The notes below the pieces were generated by a model. The model saw nothing but the letters and a program-made list of their open reading frames with translations. It was not told the DNA's origin and made no database searches. From contig JBEUKZ010000084.1 of assembly GCA_048128005.1 (NCBI GenBank), forward strand, positions 62,001 to 126,000: DNA of 64,000 nucleotides, in the 5' to 3' direction. Positions 57,201 through 64,000 of the stretch are shown here, piece after piece. A program made the position numbers and the translations under genes. Positions within the stretch are counted from its first letter, which is position 1. Every line of letters begins with the position of its first letter. This DNA comes from Veleropilina oligotropha (Eukaryota).

Positions 57201-59664
57201 TTTAATTTGGATGGGAAAAATATATATTTTCAGAAGCTAGCTTGGATCATGAACATTTATGAACACATTTAGGATTTTTGACGCAATATTTTATTGTTTA
57301 ATCCAGCTATTCATTGAAAGCACTAATAATAAATTATTTGATCAGTTTTATAATGAAATTTTCATTAATAACTCTGAATTGACAAATTTGTGTATTATGT
57401 CAAAATATGTGTTTGTTTGTGGTTGGATGCCTGGCATGATCTGCTCAATCATTCCTGAACCGTAAGACGCACACTGTTACACGCATACCGTTTTACACAC
57501 TTATTTCTCTACTGCAAAAACCACAAGTGAGTATATCTGCCATTTCTAAACACATTCAGATACAATTTGTTTACTACGTCATGAATCAATTCGTGTTATG
57601 CGCATTTTGTTCCATGATCATTTTATTTACCCTCATCTCTGCATCTGAGAAGTTCGCCCAGTGGACAGACAATCATCAAATAGTTTTATTGGCATAAGCA
57701 CTGTGGCTCTTTATCCGTATTACAATTTATGCTAGTAATGTTGATCATCAGATTGAATGTCTATTATTAAATAAATGAAATGTAATGCAATTGATTTTGA
57801 AAATATGAAAAATTGTTGGTTCAACAATAACTATCTGTCTTTGTCTGGCAACACTACCTTTCCTCTAACACTTTCATATTTCTTCTTTGTACACTTTTGA
57901 AGGGCTAGACAGCATTCTTTAAGGCAAGTTAATCATAGGCTGCTTAAATTCTTTTCACTGCTATGTGTGGATTTTGACGTGTCAGATTATTGTTTGGAAT
58001 TTCGTTTTGTTTGAAAACATTTCTATGTTTATTGATTTACTGCATATTGTTTGGGTTTCTTTATTTGTCCCCGCCATTCTTTGGTTCATGTATTGTGCCA
58101 TCAAATAATTTTCAAGTGGTAAGATACATATAAAGGATCATTTTTGTTCAAGCTGTTTTGTTGTTGCTTTTAAGTAAAATAACAGGTACTTTTTTTTGTT
58201 TATTTTAATTATTGGATTGGATTATATTGAAAGTAAAAGGAGCATGTAGTGCATTAGAACTGGCAACATTGTCAATTGCATCAAATTGTGCAGTATTCAT
58301 TTAATCGTTACTCACAGTAAGAATATCACTTATGCATGAATGATTTTATGCCGGTTATTTGCCTTTGACGAATTTTATCTAGATAATATAACATATGAAT
58401 GCTCCATGGTAGATATCTAATATTTATAACTGCAATATCTGTTTAATAGATCTCTCTCGGTAACGCTAACGAGAGATAAAACTAGTATCATTCAGATGCA
58501 CTCAAGAAGTTATGTCAGTATCTTCCCAGTACTAGACATTTGCATATTCAGATGCGAATTCTGATCAATGAAGTTACCAATCAGATCTGCTTAACTTAAT
58601 TTAATTTGTGTTTCATTTTATTTCACAGCTCGCACCCGGAACTCGATTGCCGTGTCGTCGTTTGAACATCTCCGTAACGGCAACAAGCGCCCTCACTCAA
58701 TCATCTCAGTGAGCAGCACGTCATCATCCAACTCCAGTCAGTCCAGCAGCGCGATCCTGGGATCCCTGAATCTCGCGTTCGACCCGCGCGACAGCCCGCA
58801 CATGTACCGCCACTCTCTGGCTCTCTCGTCTAATGGTGAGTTACCCGCACATGTACCGCCTCTCTCTGGCTCTCTCGTCTAATGGTGAGTTACCCGCACA
58901 TGTACCGCCTCTCTCTGGCTCTCTCGTCTAATGGTGAGTTACCCGCACATGTACCGCCTCTCTCTGGCTCTCTCGTCTAATGGTGAGTTACCTGTGCGAC
59001 AACCTGCACATGTACCGCCTCTCTGGCTCTCTCGTCTAATGGTGAGTTACTCGCGCGACAGCCTGCACATGTACCGCCGCTCTCTGGCTCTCTCGTCTAA
59101 TGGTGAGTTTATTAAGATTCCTCATTGGTCTGACAATAAACAGCATTGTATTATTGGGCTTACAGAAATTGTTACATCATAATGAAAATTCAAAACTTAA
59201 ATGTTCAAGTGTCTAGACAATATGAATTAAAGAGACATTTTTGTCAGTTTGCTACTGGTCTCAGTTATAATACGACTTGCTATGTGGATTGCTAATTGGC
59301 GAGTATATATTTGCAAAGGGGCAAACACACCACCTGCATAGCAAATAAGTTGGTTTCATAATAATATTGACATCACTTTAATGCTCTCAAAGACTTGATT
59401 ACGACTCATCAGGAATTTCTAATTCAAGGATAAGTGTGTGTTATTAAATGCTTTCCTTTCACAGAGAGTGGCATTTGTCCCGATCTCAGCAGTGATGCAG
59501 ACACGCCCTCTGTAGGATACTACCAGAACAGCCCTGATTACAAGGAGCAGAGTGTGGTCAGCCCTAGGAGGCGTGCCTCCGAGCCGTATGGTAACCGAGG
59601 GGCCGATATGAGTGGCTACAATCAGCCGCCCATGGTGACCGACGTAAGTGAAAGCGAATGTTGA
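30216..59664 (+). CDS. PLEKHG4: PLEKHG4/puratrophin-like Rho guanine nucleotide exchange factor (Sec14-like, spectrin, DH, PH); 5' exons not identified
   Basis: 18 phase-consistent exons: 30216-30339, 32688-32787, 36243-36347, 36894-37010, 40496-40746, 42799-42937, 45086-45208, 45793-45987, 50122-50924, 51440-51689, 52472-52561, 53305-53448, 55545-55622, 56037-56210, 56426-56603, 57042-57155, 58629-58835, 59465-59664. DH motifs EMIQTERNYV, IFGNLEKI, YLLKPVQRMGKY, QLRHGNDLLAMD. PH motifs RHVFLFEELVLFSK and FEIWFRR. Confidence 0.88.
30768..31220. repeat. Local tandem duplication including SINE 3' part
   Basis: AAATATGxCCACAAAGTATACAxTGTGCTTTAAT and CGGATAGACTATAATAGGGAGGAGTTTCCCTGTC each occur twice. 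Confidence 0.75.
31684..31957. mobile_element. MITE with 6-bp TSD (hAT6-like), inserted in a SINE
   Basis: TIR CAGGGTTCGTAC / GTATGAACCCTG with TGTGAG on both flanks. The flanks rejoin into a SINE copy. Confidence 0.75.
32845..33057 (+). mobile_element. Short Helentron-type MITE
   Basis: TTTTATGCCACC..GGTGGCAT hairpin, GTCC repeats, 3' GGGGGCAT + GTGTCC..GGACAC palindrome + CTAGTT. Confidence 0.7.
33584..35658 (+). mobile_element. Helentron-type MITE with satellite array, interrupted by a second one
   Basis: 5' TTTTAGCTCCGC..GCGGAGCT, GTCCGGC repeats, internal tandem repeats, 3' GCGGAGCT..AGGCCGATAGGCCTCTTGTT. Confidence 0.75.
34029..35105 (+). mobile_element. Nested Helentron-type MITE with its own tandem array
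   Basis: TTTTTGTCCCC..GGGGGACA, (GTCC)n, repeats containing TTTAGAGAAATGCTAGCTTTC, 3' GGGGGACAATCGCCACTTAGTGGCAATCACTTGTT. Confidence 0.75.
36608..36845 (+). mobile_element. tRNA-derived SINE (diverged)
   Basis: GGCC..CCGGTAGTCGAGG head and GGGTTTTCTTCC/ATGGACACGTCC core like 28716. Confidence 0.6.
37165..37420 (-). mobile_element. Diverged SINE-related copy
   Basis: Contains GCTTTCCTCCCTCGATAATATGGACATGTCCTGC and GGATATTAAGCATCGATCC, shared with the SINE family. Orientation and limits approximate. Confidence 0.45.
37476..37796 (+). mobile_element. Short Helentron-type MITE
   Basis: TTGTATCCCC..GGGGATA, AAATTTGGTATG, AAGATGGCCG motifs, 3' GGGGATAC + hairpin + TTAGTT. Confidence 0.55.
37809..39467. 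mobile_element. TTAA-flanked non-autonomous element (piggyBac-like)
   Basis: TTAA|CTCTTTAGCGAC ... GTCACGAAAGAG|TTAA (10/12 TIR identity). Confidence 0.6.
40900..41330. mobile_element. Degenerate Crypton-like foldback element
   Basis: Imperfect long inverted repeat around a GAAAGGCCAGAGG centre; same architecture as 54226-55142. Confidence 0.4.
46146..47538. mobile_element. Tc1/mariner (pogo/Tigger-like) MITE
   Basis: TA|CAGTGGAACCCGCTTATTTGCATA ... TATGCAATTAAGTGGGTTCCACTG|TA. Confidence 0.85.
47803..48070 (+). mobile_element. tRNA-derived SINE
   Basis: Highly similar to 28716-28976 over its full length. Confidence 0.85.
48100..48620 (+). repeat. ~43-bp minisatellite of a 3' splice site plus exon start
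   Basis: Unit TGTATCATCCTCTTTCTCTTTTCAG|TCGTACGAGTGGGCCCTG, ~11 copies. Continues at 50061-50139. Confidence 0.92.
48619..50060 (+). mobile_element. Helentron-type MITE inserted in the splice-site minisatellite
   Basis: GGGGGATAC near the 5' end, repeats CTTAACGGAATGTTTTCAAATTTGGTATGTGCAT, 3' GGGGATAC + GTCACTCGTGAC palindrome + CTAGTT. Confidence 0.7.
51774..52070 (+). mobile_element. tRNA-derived SINE (diverged)
   Basis: GGCCGCACCGGTAGCCGAGTGG (A box) and GGGTTCGATTC (B box), with a family-like 3' part. Confidence 0.65.
53555..53810 (-). mobile_element. tRNA-derived SINE (reverse)
   Basis: CTTAATGTCCTGTATATTTACAAC is the reverse complement of the family tail; GGAAAGCCCAGTCGCC core. Confidence 0.6.
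53944..55423. mobile_element. Two nested Crypton-like foldback non-autonomous elements
   Basis: Outer: inverted arms around GAGGCCGAAG, ~31-bp tandem GATCCTCCCACTACCGAGGGACAACTGTTTT, and TTATTACCTAA...TTAGGTAATAA. Inner (54226-55142): ~160-bp hairpin centred on CCGAGGCTTGCCGAGG, and TTATCACATAT...ATATGTGATAA. Confidence 0.55.
58795..59110 (+). repeat. 49-bp minisatellite of an exon end plus 5' splice site
   Basis: Unit CCGCACATGTACCGCCTCTCTCTGGCTCTCTCGTCTAATG|GTGAGTTAC, six copies. Confidence 0.95.
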
Positions 59665-62084
59665 GAGTACAAGAAACCTGAAGGGCATATTTCTTACTGC
59701 ACAAAATGTATTGTTCGGTTTATTCAAGCAGCATTAACCAGTTATGATCGATAGTCATAACCTTATAAGTTTTCTTGAATCGATGCAAGACTTCACAATT
59801 GTTATAACATTACTTATATATCTATGCGATATTATATTAATGTTATATTTGGTAGCATCATAATCCTTTGTTGCTGTTATGGGAATTTTTATTGTCGGCG
59901 GTAATGTCCACGACATTTATATATATCATATTTGTTAAATGATTAATAAAAGCTGTTAGTTGTTATCTAGCGGTTTAATCTCTGAAGATTATAAATATTG
60001 AAGTTTCCAGTGTAATAATTGTTTTGTTTTGTATGTCCAAACAGTTTCAATTGTTTATTGTCTCAGATGCCCTTGTTCTCTTGTCTGTTCCCTGGTCTTG
60101 TCAAGCTCTAAATCTATAATGTACAATTAACTTAACAGACTATTTAGAATTTGCAGAGAGAGAGCTGCTTGTGTGTGAAGAAATGATGTGACACAAACTC
60201 TGCAAAGTGATTGTGTCTATTGCCATGGTGTATAGCTGAGTATTTCCTGTGTGAATGTCTGCCGTCAGTGTTTGTTACATTCATGAGTCGAGCGTGGTGA
60301 AGGTTTGTGTATTGAGTTGGACATGGAGGAAATGGCCTGCATGCATGGCTGAAGCTTTGTAATTGAGAGAATATTCACTGTGCATAATTGATATAATTTG
60401 CAGCATGTCTATTGGCAGAAATCTTCCGATGTAAGTTTGAAGGTTTTACTACTGCCTGGGGTGAAGTTAGATATATAGTATATACCATGTTTATTTTGTG
60501 GAATATGCAGTGTTCATTTGTGACGAAGGAAATTGTGCACAGGTACACTGGTTTTGGTCTTTAGAGAGCAAATAAATGTACACGGTCAACTTGAATGACC
60601 TTTAAAGTTACAGTATTCAGCATTTCATTTCGTCCATCAACAGTTCTTATATGATTTTCATTTCGGTCTGTTGTTGCTTTGTGAAAAAACTAATGGTGTG
60701 TTAAAAGAACTTTACCATGGGCAATACAATGATAAGAATAGGCCATCAGAGCACTGGAATCTATCAACAAATTCATGCTGAAAAATTTGTGCAAGAAGAC
60801 TATTATTTGAATGATCTTGCATGACAATAAACAATTTCAAGCAATCTAGATTGTGTTATTGCTATCATGGTATTTCTTGTATCATTAGGTTTATCATGGA
60901 AGTGCTATATAGTAAGGCTGCTGAAATAAATAGAATTTTGTGTATTTTATTTACTAAAAGGCCCATTATTGTTTGTCTGCTTTGCATTTGGCTTTGCTTG
61001 CGATAATATATCAATGTTTACGATCTCGTGTTAACATGGAAATTTCTTCTGTTTTATTAACATCATACTTACAAATCTATAGTGCATGGTTTAATTCTTT
61101 CATTGCTCCGGTTCCACACAATTACATAACATCTCATCAATATTTCTTACTAATACTTTTTTGTGATTACAGGTTTGAAGCAGTCTCGTTTATCAGAATG
61201 TTATCTACCCAGAGTCATCTCCCCTTACCCATAACCTATGCATGGACGCACATATGGATGATTTCATCTGCATGCTCGCATCGAGCGACAAGATCATAAA
61301 CGACGCATGAAATGATATGGAGGCTTGTGTTGAACGACTTCTTATGCATGAATAATCTATAATTTAGCACGATATTCACATCTGTTTGAAGCCAGTGGAA
61401 ACATGGAACTATAATAAAGTTAACAGGAATTGTCATTGCCTTTTAACTTGTCACTAACTTGATTGTCTCTAAATATAACATCTGCAGCATTCAGGTGATG
61501 TCTGGCCGTGCTTCAACAGTAAATGCCTCATTCCCTAATCCAATTTCAGTATAATCATACAGATAATAAATAATACACGATTAGTTTCTATAGGCAGACC
61601 TGAATATTTAATTTGAAGCAAATTGACAGGATGAGGTTATAAACGGAGTTCTGTGAACAACCGTTATTCTTGTTAAGTTTCTGCTCCCGAAAGCTTGATG
61701 ACTGAAAGAAATATTCATTCAAGTTATTATTATGGACAGCCTCAGGTTCTGACATGTGCATTTTAATCATGTCGGCACTGTTTTTTCACCAAATCGTGTC
61801 ATACCAGGAACACTAATAATTTGTGTGCATGATGTAACATTGGGTGATTTGCACACCGCACCTATAGTCTCTGGATTGTTGGCTTCTATTTCGCTTGGAG
61901 GAAATATTGGATATCTTCCAACTTTCGGAATCATATTTTTCGTTTTAATGTGACATGTTGTGAAGCCATCAGAAGAGCATTTCCTTTTCGCTTTATGTGC
62001 CCTTATTGAGTTTAATATAAGTTAACATTTAATTTGCATGAAATGTCACAGACAATTGACTCCTTTGGAATTTGCTGAAGCAAA

Positions 62085-63682
62085 CACTTAAGCTACGCAC
62101 CCATGTACGCGTGATGCGTATTGACCGAACCCATGTATCCGTATAAAAGCTCTGCGTGATGCGTGAACTTCAGTTCTAGAGAAGGATTATAACATTAAAT
62201 ATGCTCTTTTCATATATATTATAGATAGTATCCTGGTAAACAAATTATAATACGTATCCCTTCAATATTTAGTTCCACAGGTATGCTCTTATAAAAAGCA
62301 GAAAGGAGAAAGGCCTCTTTAATATAACTTGTTCTGTGCCATATATGCGTCTGTAAATAAATATATTATATCTTCTAATGACATAAATATTAATAATTTA
62401 TTTCTTATAGAGCGCATTTTGCATTATAAATCCCTCAATGCTCTTTACATTGTAATTCTACATTCTAAAATATTAAATGAGTAAAAGAGAAAACGTATGA
62501 TAATATATATCAACATAAAATGGCAAATTGTAAATTTTAAGAAATTAAATGAGTAAAAGAGTACAATATAAAATATTATATGAATAAAAGAGAAAAGATC
62601 ATATAAAATATACAAGTTATAACAAAAGCTAAAAGGAATATAATGCATATATTAAGAGATTATGTTATTAATTCATTATTCCAAAATGTTGCTAAGTAGG
62701 TTTGTTAGGTAGATAACTACATAATTATCTAGATAATAAGACCCCATAAATGAGTGGATATGGCAGAATTATGCCACCATACAAAATATTATCCTAGGAA
62801 AATAATATAAAATTGTTCCATAATTTCAAATATAAGCTATTATGTATATAACACAAGCTTTTAAATTTAAATCACGATATCTTGTAATAATGCTTTTCAG
62901 CGAAATCATATTTTGTAGGCCTATGTGTGTGCGCTTTTGTGTTTGGGTACGCATACATATGAGGATGTGAGAATCAGATTGCACTATCTCCATAAAATAC
63001 AAGGCCATTAATGGACCTATAATATTAATACACAATAATTAATATAATATATAATTAATATCAAATATACTTAGACATAATAGGCCGATTGGAATACACT
63101 GTATATGTAATGATAAATTTACGTTAATTCTTTACTACCAATATCTGACATAGTAGACTTTGGGTTTCACCTCCTCAGATATTACAAGTTATATAAATGA
63201 TTTATTTTGCCAAACAAAGAAAATATTGAATGAAATCATTCCGATGACAATGTGTTCAGTTATATAGACCCATGATAAAGTCAATTCAGTGAATATTTAC
63301 GTTTCTCAAGTTTTGTTTTCAAATCACTGCATTAAAATTAATAACTCACTGTCGATCTTAACTGTTTATATAACAAACAAACGTCTTAACCGAGTAGATG
63401 TAACTTCCATAGTATGTGGCTCAATCAATGATGATATTGTCTTGAATTTTCATATCTTCTAATAACAAAATAAACATAAAAATGTAGGGATGAACGTTTT
63501 GACAATTTAAACTTCCTATTATTTTATGCGATAAGAAATTGTTTTCGCTGCTGCGTGTGGAACACTATCAGAGCGATCTTTACGCAGCGCCATGCGTAAT
63601 ATGCATCACGCACACATGGAATCGCTCCAATTGATTTCAGTGCATTTCGTTAACACGCGTACATGGGTGCGTAGCTTGAGTG
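62085..63682. mobile_element. Non-autonomous TIR element with CACT termini (CMC/CACTA-like)
   Basis: CACTTAAGCTACGCACCCATGTACGCGTG ... CACGCGTACATGGGTGCGTAGCTTGAGTG around an AT-rich interior. Confidence 0.75.
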
Positions 63683-64000
63683 TATAGATAATATCTGTAT
63701 TATTCATTTATAATTAACTTCTATGGCTAGGTGAATGTCTCCGTCTGAAGTTATGCAGTTTGCACATAAATAGTGATTGACCATTTCAATTTAGATTTTG
63801 TATTGGTATCATTTCATATTTGTATGCAAGATCAGGTACCTGTACTGATCAGTCGATAACATCAGGATTGCTTGCAAGCCATGATGCTATCTTTATCTTT
63901 GAAACATTTTCAATGTAAATGCTTCGAATGACTTATTTATTACTGCATGTACATAATGATATAGCTTACAATATGTATTATGTTCCATCTACAAATATAT

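Overview
Eukaryotic, AT-rich invertebrate genomic DNA; the Helentron-type satellite MITEs and tRNA-SINEs suggest a mollusc or other lophotrochozoan. The window has three parts. (1) 1-~13238: a GC-rich, gene-dense, intronless endogenous Polinton-like (double jelly-roll) virus, cut by the left window edge. It has a likely minor capsid, a likely major capsid, an A32/FtsK packaging ATPase, an RVE integrase and about six predicted membrane proteins. Its replicase is unusual: terminal-protein-like region + OTU-like protease + exonuclease-less divergent PolB + SF1 (Pif1/RecD-like) helicase + HNH, split by one frameshift near 10496. The candidate right end is ...TGTGACA, preceded by 61-62 bp repeats. 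(2) 18653-26118: a complete, very young DIRS1-type tyrosine-recombinase retrotransposon with identical 208-bp ITRs, an ICR, gag, RT-RNaseH-MTase and YR, plus a candidate CCC-TAG recoding site. (3) 30216-59664: 18 coding exons of a host PLEKHG4/puratrophin-like RhoGEF (Sec14-like/spectrin/DH/PH). Its introns are full of SINEs and MITEs, it has one GC-AG intron, and two splice junctions have been amplified into minisatellites of decoy splice sites. All family assignments come from motif recognition by eye, not from database searches.
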